A stretch of 63,839 nucleotides of DNA, the filler included, from Octopus bimaculoides (lineage: Eukaryota): assembly GCF_001194135.2 (NCBI RefSeq). It is 7 parts of 6 records of this genome, joined end to end, with 100 filler letters (N's around TTAATTAATTAA, not from the genome) between each part and the next. Parts side by side here need not be neighbours in the genome. Positions count along the whole stretch, not along the records: positions 38,371 to 60,375 come from NC_068996.1; positions 60,476 to 62,578 come from NW_026429384.1; positions 62,679 to 63,839 come from NW_026350826.1; 4 more parts are not named here. The stretch is one strand, 5' to 3'. Below are positions 52,256-63,839 of the stretch, piece by piece. The notes under the pieces were generated by a model that worked only from the letters and a program-made list of their open reading frames with translations, ran no database searches and was not told the origin of the DNA. How positions within the stretch are numbered: position 1 is the first letter of the stretch; every line of letters begins with the position of its first letter. The position numbers and the translations under genes are program-made.

Positions 52256-52371
52256 TTCATACACACATAAGTGTGTGTATGTACATATGTGTATATATAT
52301 ATTTATATATGTACATTATGTATGTATATATATGAATAAATATACACATACATTAATATATATATATATCT

Positions 52372-52739
52372 TTTTAACAAGAATAGTATTGACTGTAATT
52401 TCAAAGTTTTGGCCAGCTAAGCCATCATCGGACTGTGGTATATTTGCAAACAAACCCATGACCTAAAAATGACACACCTAAATAGACATACCTGATTACA
52501 AAGTTCTATATGCATGAGCAAACTCTGGACAATAACACAACCCCAAATTTTATCAATAAAAATGTCCCATAACACCTCCCCATCACAACCTACCATATAA
52601 ACTAATTATACAAAAACCCAGGAAATTATGACATAACAGAGACTATATAGACCCTAGATGAACTTCGATATACCACAGTTCAATGATGGATTAGCAGGCC
52701 AAGACTTCAAAGTCAATGTTAATACTGTTCTTGTTAAAG
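52372..52739. mobile_element. MITE-like element with ~72-bp diverged TIRs
   Basis: 52372-52443 and 52668-52739 are inverted at ~78%; non-coding 220-nt interior; AT-rich repeat flanks. Confidence 0.55.
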
Positions 52740-53743
52740 AATAATAAATTTGTATTGAGTAATCCTTCAGTTTAAATGTAAAATTGTTTTTATAACTGAA
52801 TGTAAAAACAACCATTAATGCAAATAAATATGTATATGCATATATAAATGTGTGTGTGTGTATATATATCTGTATATGCATATGTATTATAGACATATAC
52901 ATGCATTAATGTGTGTGTGTATATATACGTACACATATATACATACATGTATATATGCTTTAATACACACACACACGCATATATATTCACAAACATACGC
53001 ATGCATATATACACATTATATGATTATATATTTCACAGAATAACAGGAAAGTGGTATATATGCTTATGATGGGACTACACTGAATAAGTCTTGTTACAAT
53101 ACAAGTAACGTACTGCAGATAAACTATTAATTCCAAACAAGTGGAATATAATTCTGATGTCTTAGCATCTCAACACTGCAATCATCATCGCAACAGATAA
53201 GTTACACACACACACATACACACACACACATGCTCACATATAGAATTATGCAGTTTCTTCATTCATTTTGCATTGTGACTAAAAGAATTTTTATATTCAT
53301 TTATTAGAGTATTATTCATAAAGCTGACTGCCCTTCCTACTACTTAACATTTAACCATGATTTAAACTTGTTGTCACTCAGAGTAATAAACAATAGTTCT
53401 AGCTGAATGGATCGATTGAACTCAGAAGTACCATGAGTAACCCTAAAGATTAAGCTCTAAGCTGTTGTGCCTCATCATACAGACACATATATTTGTGTGT
53501 ATGTACAATATCATCATCATCATCATTGTTTTAATATCCACTTTCACATATTTCCATGAGTCAGATAGAATCTGTTGATGCAAATTTTCTATAGCTGGAT
53601 GCCCTTCCTGTCACCAACCCTCACCTGTCTCCAAGTATGGTAATATTTTCATATGACCAGGCATGTTTTATAACTGGAAATAAACAACATTGCTTATATG
53701 ATGGTATCATCATGTGATAGAAAAACAAAGGTACATGCATATG

Positions 53744-53783
<40 letters not shown>

Positions 53784-53836
53784 CTTTGTATATGTGTGTG
53801 TACAGGTGTATATACATATATATATATATATATGAG

Positions 53837-53877
<41 letters not shown>

Positions 53878-54054
53878 CTGTGTATATGTATGTGTATATA
53901 TATATATATATATAAGCTATGTATATATATATATATGAGCTATGTGTGTATATATATATGTGTGTCTATATGTTTATATGTATATATATATGTGTGGTGT
54001 GTGTATATATGTGTACATACATATATATGTGTGTGTGTATAAACATACAGACAC

Positions 54055-54379
54055 AGAAGGTTCCTAAATTCCTCATCAGTTATCAACCAGATGGTATTAC
54101 ACAGTTTCATGCCATTCATGATAAGACTGCGGTGCTTCCAGGCTGGCGGCATTCACAAGGGTTCAGAGAATATTGGACTGTGAACAAACAAACAATACAC
54201 GGACAACAGGCAATACTGAAGTTGACATATGAAAGTGAATAAGTCTTATTCAAGACGATGGACAAAGACAAATGATTAAAAAAATTAACAGAGTGCAGCC
54301 TTACACTTGGATGAAGACAAATCATAGGGAACGCTTAGATGGGAATTCTAAAGGATTGGAAACAGAAGGACAACAAACA

Positions 54380-54380
<1 letters not shown>
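54055..54380 (+). pseudogene. Possible very old Ty3/gypsy RT relic
   Basis: Weak ordered resemblance only: SFMPFMIRLRCF..GIHKGSENI (TFITPFGRY.F..FGISSASE) and LKKLTECSLTL. Confidence 0.25.
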
Positions 54381-54463
<83 letters not shown>

Positions 54464-55783
54464 ATGTTTGTATTTATGTACATACATATATATAATTGAA
54501 AAACTAGTACAATGGTTGTATTGACCTTAGGTCATTATCAAGTTACTTGCTAATAATCTGTTGTTAAATTAATCATACTTGTTTAAAAAAACTAAAAACT
54601 CTATATTAACATCAAACATTTGGTACTGAAAATGAAAGTAGTCCTCATTGATTACACCAATTTTAATGAATATTATACAACTTATATGTGTATTTGTGTG
54701 TGTCTGTGTAATACATCTCAGCTGTTAAGACACTTGCGTGGCTGAGTATGATTCAAAAGTATTCACATTTAGTGCTGCACAAGCATAATTTTAGCTTGGA
54801 TAGTTAATACAAACTATAAAGCTCTGACAGACTGTATCCAAGTTCATTTATGCAAAATATGTAACATCTAGTCATCAGTGGTTAGTGACTAGCTTTGTGA
54901 GAAAATAAAAACATGCTTTACATAGGAACTTCCATGTACAATAGTCTCCCTTTTGGTGTTATCCACTAATATTATCAAACAATGAAAGTGAAAGCTGTAG
55001 AGTTGCAAAGACAATAAAGTACTGGAATAAATAATGTCTTAGAGTATTTAGTTTCATATATCTGCACTTTTAGTTCAAGTCCTACTATTTTACACTTTAT
55101 CCTTCATCCTTACTACAATACAAGACCAAGTGTTTTAAGGCTATTTTCATTGTTAAAGCAAAAGTTAGCAGTGAACCCCTAGACAGTCTTTCCCATTTTT
55201 CCTTAAGCTTTACATTCCCATCATTTCCTCCATCATTTTTAGCTATTTCTTTCTTGATCTTATTCTTTTCTTTCCTCCCGCATTCATTTCCATCACTTCT
55301 CTCATTCAATCACATTCATCCTTCCTCAGCACATGACTCAGTCATTTCATCCCATTTATCTTCCCAACATACATCACTGTCTCTATTTTTCTCTCATCAT
55401 CATCAAGCAATTCATTGTCTTCCCTCTCTCTCTCTTCACCCTCCTCCTCTCTCATACTGTCTTCATTTATCTTCTTCTCAACATTCTCTGCTGTTTCATG
55501 GTTCATTAACTTTCCACATTAATAAAATAAGTAACGGACAGAGACTTGAATTTATACAATAGAGTACTATTCCTTTCTTATGAATATGTGATATAATGCT
55601 AAACATAACAAGCATGAAACTGTATTATTTTTGAATTTTCTGTTTCTATAAAATATTTCATAATTCTACACTTAGTATTGAATACTTCTTCCCTTTTTAT
55701 GCAATAATGTTAGTTCATTTACACACATACATACATCTGTGTGTGTGTGTGTGTCTGTGTGTGCGCGCGCATATATATATATA

Positions 55784-55825
<42 letters not shown>

Positions 55826-56514
55826 GAAAGAGAGAAATTAAATGACAAGGGAATAAGAAATTATGTCATGAAGTTCATTAGCTTACAGCTGTTTCTGTAT
55901 ATTGAATTCTAACACCATGTTATTAGTGTTACTATGCCTAAGCAAAATAATATATTATTTGCTTTGGCCTTTCACTTCAGCTCCTCATTTTTTTGTTTCT
56001 CTACTCATCTGTTCTTTCTGTAGAAGAGCAATAGGCTTGAAATGTTAAAAATTTCTTCCAAATTTCCTAAGCATTAAACTAATACACCCTGTTTGTTGTT
56101 TTTTCACCCCATCTTAATGGGGGTTTTGTTTTGTATTTTGGGACCTCATATATAATGGTTTGTTTCTGTTTAGTGCTTTATTTAATTAATCTTGTGTTGA
56201 TTTAATGAGGATTCAACTCTTCAAAAGCTCTTGTTTCTGATTCGAAAGAGAAATCTGTTGGTTTTCATGAATGGTTTTTATATATAAGGATGTTCTCAAC
56301 TTGTATATGATATAAGATGGTCAGATAATTTAATGCTAAATTTGCAAGCTACCTACAGAGCCAGAATATTGTAGTGATCATATATAAATTATATAGTATA
56401 AGATATATAATCATATTATCATACTTATAAAATAACACATATTATTCTAGTTTGTGTATGTGTATATATATATAAATATATATATGTATATATTTCTGCT
56501 GCTTTTAAATAAAG

Positions 56515-56546
<32 letters not shown>

Positions 56547-56622
56547 CATCTATACACATATTGTCTCTCTCTGTATAATATATATATATATATATATTTG
56601 TATGTATATACACATATTGTCT

Positions 56623-56670
<48 letters not shown>

Positions 56671-56757
56671 ATCTATACACATATTGTCTATATATATATA
56701 TATATATTTATATATGTATGTGTATCTATACACATATTTATATATATATATCTACAC

Positions 56758-56797
<40 letters not shown>

Positions 56798-57724
56798 ATA
56801 ATCTATATGTATGTGTATCTATACTCATATTGTCTATAGACATCTACAATACATGTGTACATACATGTCTCTGAGTATACATACACACACACACATTTTG
56901 TTTTTGTATTTGATTTGTGCTGAAACATTTTGTTGTGTCTTGAGAGGGTCATTATACCAATGATAAATACATGTAGTCATTCAACTTCACTTCATTATTA
57001 ATGAATTGGTTAGTCCTTTAAGCAACCAACTTAATCGATCAGTTGATTAGACAATCAACTTAATCGATCAGTTGGTTAGACAATCAATCGGTTGTCTTCC
57101 CTCAAGTATATAGCTTCGTAAACACAGGTGTCAGTTCAAGGGCAAACAGATTTGAAGCAGATCTGGAAATAAGGAGGAGCTTGGTATTGATGAGGTCAGG
57201 AATGGCAACAAAAGGACTTTGTCAAACAATTGACTGTTGTTTAACTGACTGATTAAGCAAGCAGCAAATTAGTTGGTTGGGTAAATAACAAACCAAATGA
57301 CCTATGATAAAGAAGTGAAACTGAACCAGTGCATGTATTTATTACTGGTGTAAAAACCTTCCCAAGATATAACAATATATATATATGTATATAGCATTTA
57401 ATAACCCTAATATTATGTATGTAAGGAAATAAGGATTGGAGCTTTTATATATGTATGTATCATATAAAAGAATTTATATGAACGAAAAATAGGATATTCA
57501 AACATGTCAAGAGTAAGAGAGTAATGTGTAGTCAAAATACTTATTAACACATCATTAATATTTTCATGGCAGATTGAAGAACTAAGTGAATTTAACTCAA
57601 AAGAACTTCATTTTTGCATCTTGAGTATGGAACGTTTGTGGAATGTCACTGGTCTTTTAATGGCCTAAAACTGATTGGGGTTTGACTCTCTCGTGAAACC
57701 ATTAGTAAAAGTGTGTTAATACAT

Positions 57725-59530
57725 TAAATATAATCATCATCTGGTTGAGCTTGCACAATTTTAACCCACAAATGCCAGCCATCTCAGTTTTGCATTAACT
57801 GATGGAGGTCTTTGGGGAAGCATCCAATATCTCTGGTGAGTTCATCTACATATGTTGTGTTTGGATGACCTCCTCATGTACAGCCACACTTTGGTATCCA
57901 TAGCAGTAGGTCATTTGCCAGCTCTTGTTTAGCTCACTAGCAATGTCCAGCAAAGCTCAAGTGCATTCTCCTTATAATGGTGGAAAGAGACAGACCTCCA
58001 TACAGTTGTTTCTTGGTGGAATGAGTACTCCAAGACGTGTTTAAGACTGCTCTTAACGTTAGGATGCAAGTTCCATCTGGCTTGGATTCCAGTTTTTTGA
58101 CAAACATCCAGGACTGACTCTACTGTTAAATGAAAAAATTCCTCTTAAGGTTGTCTGACAGAGTTGAGATCCAGCTTTGGCTGTCTGAGTTTTTACATCT
58201 TTTTTCAGTTGAGGCTATCTCAGAACTCAGGTACACAAAATCGACTTGACTAATGGGATCTCAATTGGTGTTGGTGATGGATCCTTGTTAACTGTGAGCA
58301 ATGAACTTGGTTTTACAAAGATTAGCAAGTAGTCCAACATCATGTGCAGCTAATTCTAGACTATGAAGTAATTTAGTGGAGTTCAATAGTGTGTCAAAGA
58401 GGAAGGTTAAATCATCAGCATAGAGTTGGATGTTTGATTGATCTTCTTTTCATGAGTGTGAAACTGAGGCTGTTTAGATTGTCAACTGATGTTGTAAAGA
58501 TATAATTTCAGAAAGAGAGAAATTACCTATATGTCCTGCTGGAGTATTCTGGCTCTGATAGCAAAGAGACTTGTATCTCCGTCTGGGGATCTTACCATTG
58601 ATTTGGTGGTGTTATAGAGCATCATAATTGCTGCTGTTGTTTCCTCAGGGATACCATAGGCCAGTAGTGATTTTTTCCATTTTTACCAGTGGATAGAGTC
58701 AAAAACCTTTGAGAAATGAAACAGTAACACTGCTTCAAGATTTCTGGCTTTAACTCCTTCTATTAGACAACATACTGTAAATATTTGTCCAACAGCTGAT
58801 CTATTTTTTCTGAAGCCACTTTTTGATTTCTTTCTTAAAACTTTCTAAAGTTCTTTTGAATGGGAGTGAATTATAAATTTTTGTAGTGATGGCTGTAAAA
58901 GTGATGCTTCTGTAGTTCTTTGTAAGACCCAAATCGCCTTTCTTTGGAAATGATAGTATGCAACCTTCTGTCCATTTGTCAATGTTGCCTCCATTGTAGA
59001 CTGTATTGCAGAAGCCTAACAGAATATCATTGATATTCTGTTTTCCAGAATATTTCCAGACTTCAGGTGGAATATTATCTAGTTCAGCAGCTTTTCAGTT
59101 TTGTGTGATTTTAAGGATGTCTTTCAATTCGTCAATGGTCAAACCACAAGTTATAATATCAAGTATGTGGTCAATAATTGATATTACATTTTTATCAGAA
59201 ACTGACGGTATATTCCCAAGCAAATTTTCAAAATGATCCCTCCACTTTTCTAAGCGTTTCTGTGGATTTTTAGCTTCAATCTTTGACTTGAAGTTTTTGC
59301 ACCTGCTTATTTCTTTAACTGTCTGACATACTAGTGATGTCTGCTTGTTTGCGATAGTGTGTTTAATTTGATTTATTCTTCTTTGGATGTAACACTTTTG
59401 TTGAGATAGGTATAGGTCTACTAGTGCTTTTGGTAGCTTTTGAAATTGGATTCATTTGAGAACTTTGATGTATAATTTCAGCTTGAGCCACTTCTTGCAG
59501 GTGTTACAAATACCAAAGCACAGTGGTCTT
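57725..59530 (-). mobile_element. Decayed RTE/RTEX-type LINE (RT domain and 3' end)
   Basis: Minus-strand relics AAELDNIPPEVWK, ILSFPKKGDLGLTKNYRSI, FSKVFDSIH, LAYGIPEET, MVRSPDGDT, YADDL, LAAHDVGL; ends in a GATGAT tail near 57725. Confidence 0.8.
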
Positions 59531-60004
59531 GAAACTGGAGGTGATACAAACATCCAAAGACCATAAATAAATACACATTCCACACAACTACAAGTAGAAA
59601 TGGCGAGTATCTAAATGAATTTAATCTTGACAAAGTTTTTCTAAATGCCAAATTTCAAAAGAAACTTTTCAAGCTGCATACATTCACTTATGCCAGTGAC
59701 TTGACTTCTCAACTAAATTACATGCTAATCAACAAAAAATTGGTAAAACTTACCTTAAACACAGTTTTAGCAACAGAAAATTGTCATATCAAAATTTTGC
59801 CTGAGCCTTAGAGCTATCAAAACTAAATCAGTCTCTAGGCCTGCATATAGCTGGTCAATTTTAACCAACAACAGAGAAATCTGCAATTAATACACAATAG
59901 GACTTAGAAAGAGACTTGAGCTACTACAAAATGAAAATGAAGAAAACTCCAACACAGCATAAAATAATTTCATGTTTAACACAGAAATTGCAAATCAAGC
60001 ATTA

Positions 60005-60375
60005 ATAAACATCTGCCCTGGGATGATATTAAATATGTGTAGGTGTGTGTTGTTGGCACTCCGTCGCTTACGACGTCGAGGGTTCCAGTTGATCCAATCA
60101 ACGGAAACAGCCTGCTTGTGAAATTAACGTGCAAGTAGTTGAGCACTCCACAGACACGTGTACCCTTAACGTAGTTCTCGGGGATATTCAGCGTGACACA
60201 GTGTGACAAGGCTGGCCCCTTTGAATTACAGGCACAACAAAAGTAAGAGTAAGAGAAAGTTGTGGTGAAAGAGTACAGCAGGGTTCACCACCATCCCCTG
60301 CCAGAGCCTCGTGGAGCTTTAGGTGTTTTCACTCAATAAACACTCACAACGCCCAGTCTGGGAATCGGAACCACG
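60005..60375 (-). mobile_element. SINE of a fourth family, head cut by a spacer
   Basis: Minus strand begins ...cgtggttccgattcccagactgggcgttgtgagtg (B-box-like), CpG-rich body; family recognised from memory only. Confidence 0.6.
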
Positions 60376-61225
60376 NNNNNNNNNNNNNNNNNNNNNNNNN
60401 NNNNNNNNNNNNNNNNNNNTTAATTAATTAANNNNNNNNNNNNNNNNNNNNNNNNNNNNNNNNNNNNNNNNNNNNACGCACACACACATATATGTATTAA
60501 TGTGCGTGTGTGCGTGTGTGTGTGTGTAGCATAACTTTAAAAATCGGATTTTTAAGAAACTCTATGATGACATTTATGCAACCACAATTTTTCGCCATTT
60601 ACTTCGCAATGAAAATCCACTGGGACTGACCTGAAGTTTTGCAGTGAACCTCAATATAACTATATATATCTTGTATCACTCTTAATTTTTTAAACTTCAG
60701 ACCCTTAACAAACCAACCGCCCCTAGGTGGAAATTGTCTTTCTAACCTAGGCAGAGTGTTAATGCGATAAATACTAGCCTTTATACGATGTTTGATCCCT
60801 GAAATAACAACTCCCCTCTGAAAAGAAAAAAAAAAAAACAAACAAAAGAGAAAATCCCATCTAAGTACATAATCAAAGGAAATCAATATTTTTTTCATAA
60901 TTATTGTTGATGATATTCTTGATGTTGTCGTTGTTGTTTCTGTTACTGTTGGAGTTTGTGTTCGAGTCGTCGTCGTTGCTGATACTGCAACCGATATAGC
61001 TACTTTTGCTGCTGCTACTGCTGCTACTGCTGCTGCTGCTGCTGCTGCTGTTGATTTTTATAGAGTATTATCCTTTTTGATTTAAAAGGAGCATTGCCTC
61101 CCTCCACTTATAACCTCTTCAATCTTTAGAGGTAAACATAACTAGAGGTTCGCTGACAATCTATTGACTTTCCGCAATTTCTCGAGAGTGAAAAAGGGAC
61201 CTGGAAGGATGAAGAGATTTATGTG

Positions 61226-61258
<33 letters not shown>

Positions 61259-62274
61259 NNNNNNNNNNNNNNNNNNNNNNNNNNNNNNNNNNNNNNNNNN
61301 NNNNNNNNNNNNNNNNNNNNNNNNNNNNNNNNNNNNNNNNNNNNNNNNNNNNNNNNNNNNNNNNNNNNNNNNNNNNNNNNNNNNNNNNNNNNNNNNNNNN
61401 NNNNNNNNNNNNNNNNNNNNNNNNNNNNNNNNNNNNNNNNNNNNNNNNNNNNNNNNNNNNNNNNNNNNNNNNNNNNNNNNNNNNNNNNNNNNNNNNNNNN
61501 NNNNNNNNNNNNNNNNNNNNNNNNNNNNNNNNNNNNNNNNNNNNNNNNNNNNNNNNNNNNNNNNNNNNNNNNNNNNNNNNNNNNNNNNNNNNNNNNNNNN
61601 NNNNNNNNNNNNNNNNNNNNNNNNNNNNNNNNNNNNNNNNNNNNNNNNNNNNNNNNNNNNNNNNNNNNNNNNNNNNNNNNNNNNNNNNNNNNNNNNNNNN
61701 NNNNNNNNNNNNNNNNNNNNNNNNNNNNNNNNNNNNNNNNNNNNNNNNNNNNNNNNNNNNNNNNNNNNNNNNNNNNNNNNNNNNNNNNNNNNNNNNNNNN
61801 NNNNNNNNNNNNNNNNNNNNNNNNNNNNNNNNNNNNNCTATCAGATAAACTTAGAATAGATGTTACATACACACATAAACACATACATACACACAATGGT
61901 TAATTTGGAAATCGCCCCCAGTAGAAACCAAGACTACATTTCAAGGATTGTGTACATTCCTCGTTGAAAGCATGTGAGATATGGGAAGTTGAATTGGGAA
62001 AGCAATGCTTGTCATCGCCATCAACGAAGGAAACCGGTAAGTGAAGGAGTAGCAATTTTTGTAGAACCACGTGATTTGTATGCTGAACTTTAGGGAGCCA
62101 CTCGAAAACGTACTCCCGGTGGAGTGAATGGGGATGGTTCCATTTCCAGTATCTGCGAACGCGTATCAAGGGTTTGTGTCATTAGTGGAACCGCAAGTGT
62201 AAAGTATAATTGCGCCTGATTACGGTTTTCTTAGCGGTTAGTGATGGCCTTCCTCAGCTACGAGTAAGCGGTCA

Positions 62275-62578
62275 TCATCATCGTCATCATCATCATCATC
62301 ATCATCTTCATCACCATCATTATCATCATCACCATCATCGCCATCATCATTATCATCATCATCATCATCATCACCATCATCACCATCATCATCATCATCA
62401 TCATCACCATCATCACCATCATCATTATCATCATCATCATCATCATCATCGTCATCATCATCATCACCACCATCATCACCATCATCATCATCACCATCAT
62501 CACCATCATCACCATCATCACCATCATCATCATCATCAACTTCATCATCATCATCATCACCATCATCATCATCCTCAT
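62275..62578. repeat. Long imperfect (CAT/CAC)n microsatellite
   Basis: Direct reading; source of the poly-His and poly-Met ORFs. Confidence 0.95.
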
Positions 62579-62678
62579 NNNNNNNNNNNNNNNNNNNNNN
62601 NNNNNNNNNNNNNNNNNNNNNNTTAATTAATTAANNNNNNNNNNNNNNNNNNNNNNNNNNNNNNNNNNNNNNNNNNNN

Positions 62679-63528
62679 CTCTGCGAGTCACCCGAGGGAA
62701 ATACAACAGGGACCGTCGGACGCTTACGCGAATTCTTAGAAAAGATCACAAACGTGCAGCTCCCAAAGTTACTGCAGAGCTTAATAACCGACTCGAGAAC
62801 CCAGTTTCCACAAAAACTGTTTTCCGGGAGCTGCACAAAGCCGGATTTTCAGGGAGGGCTGCAATCAGACAACCGCTACTTCCAAAAACAAATGTTGCAA
62901 AGCGTTTAGAGAGGAGTAAAAACCTACGGAATTCGTCCCTAGAGCAGTGAAAGAATGTTATTTTCTCGGACGAGTTATCCTTTATCTCATTTCCTACTAC
63001 TGGCCGAGTATACTTGTGGAGACAGCCAAAAGAAGCATTTGACTCACACTGCCTTCTTGCAACTGCTAAACATGGAGAGGGATCTCTGATGATCGGGGTG
63101 GGGTACTATATCTTGAAAATCCGCCGGCCCAATGGTTTCCCTTCATGGCAGAATTAATAGACATGACTATTTAAGCATTTTATCTGATCAAATTCATCCT
63201 ATGGTTTCCGAAGTGAACCGCAATCTTTCAGGATGATACTGCACCAATTGACACAGTTAAAGTTGTTACTGAATGGCACGAGGAAGATTCTAGTGAAGTT
63301 GCACATCTTACCTGGCCAGGTTTCAATATTATTGAATATTTATGGTGCATTTTAGAAAAACAAGTAAGGAATCGATATCCTCCACCATTATCACTACAGG
63401 CACTGGAGACTGTCATAGCTGAAGAATGGACAAAAATTCCTTTGGCAACAATTCAAACTTTGTACGAGTCCATACCTCGTAGAATTCAAGCTGTAATTAC
63501 TGCTAAAGGCGGTCCTACCCCATATTAA
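62679..63528 (+). mobile_element. Tc1-family transposase pseudogene, 5' end cut by a spacer
   Basis: RDRRTLTRI...VSTKTVFRELHKAGF, VIFSDE, VYLWRQPKEAF, IFQDDTAP, FNIIEYLW, LYESIPRRIQAVITAKGGPTPY*; stops and frameshifts present. Confidence 0.9.
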
Positions 63529-63839
63529 AATAAATTTGCTTCCTTTATCTTTTACTTGTATCAATCATTGATGCGAAAAGTAGAACTGGAATACCGGAGG
63601 TAGGATAATATGCCTTATTAATAAAAGACATCACAAAGCCTGTTACTCTGTTACTCAAAAGTTCATGTTCCCATTCGTTCAGACAGTTTTGGTTGAGAAA
63701 CTGTTCAACACTGTCCGACGAAAGGGGACGTGAAACTCTGAGTAACAGCTTTTGTGATGTCTTCGCAGTTTTGTTGATACATACATACATACAGATAAAT
63801 TCCTCTATTAGCATAATATCGAGGTCTCTTTCTTTCTTT

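Noticed and set aside
53760-56840. GAGCT-(AT)n (53760-53960) and ATCTATACACATATTGTCT-(AT)n (56545-56840) minisatellites as spacer arrays
   Set aside because: Spacers are just variable (AT/GT)n; ordinary slippage-derived compound repeats.
61960-62200. LINE APE-endonuclease relic (EGVAIFV)
   Set aside because: A single short motif; insufficient support.
62210-62626. Poly-histidine protein
   Set aside because: Translation of a (CAT/CAC)n microsatellite running into a gap; no splice or domain context.

Overview
AT-rich, microsatellite- and transposon-dense eukaryotic genomic DNA. I infer a coleoid cephalopod, most likely Octopus, from recognising its SINE families; this was not verified by a search. 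About 6.3 kb (~10%) is N. Six identical 100-nt spacers (44 N + TTAATTAATTAA + 44 N) split the window into seven pieces whose adjacency may not be biological. Only one host gene segment is supported: a 1.5-kb terminal exon (45874-47381, +) of an adenylate cyclase type 9-like gene, encoding the M2 membrane cassette and the C2 catalytic domain; its 5' half was not found. The rest is mobile DNA: a Buster/Charlie-type hAT, two mariners, a Tc1, two Penelope-like RT fragments (one uninterrupted for ~410 codons), a Dong/R4 element in a (TAA)n repeat, an RTE-type LINE, a decayed Helitron helicase, at least four SINE-like families and many simple repeats. Best leads: (1) a ~670-nt fold-back of the hAT transposase 5' end, architecturally like maize Mu killer; (2) the AC9-like protein has forskolin-sensitive-type pocket residues and lacks the C2b tail; (3) a ~100-bp-period array of a short hairpin-containing unit at 33.0-33.7 kb; (4) closely spaced inverted SINE pairs in the probable AC intron. 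I cannot claim a confirmed new system. All identities are by-eye estimates and all family assignments rest on motif recognition.
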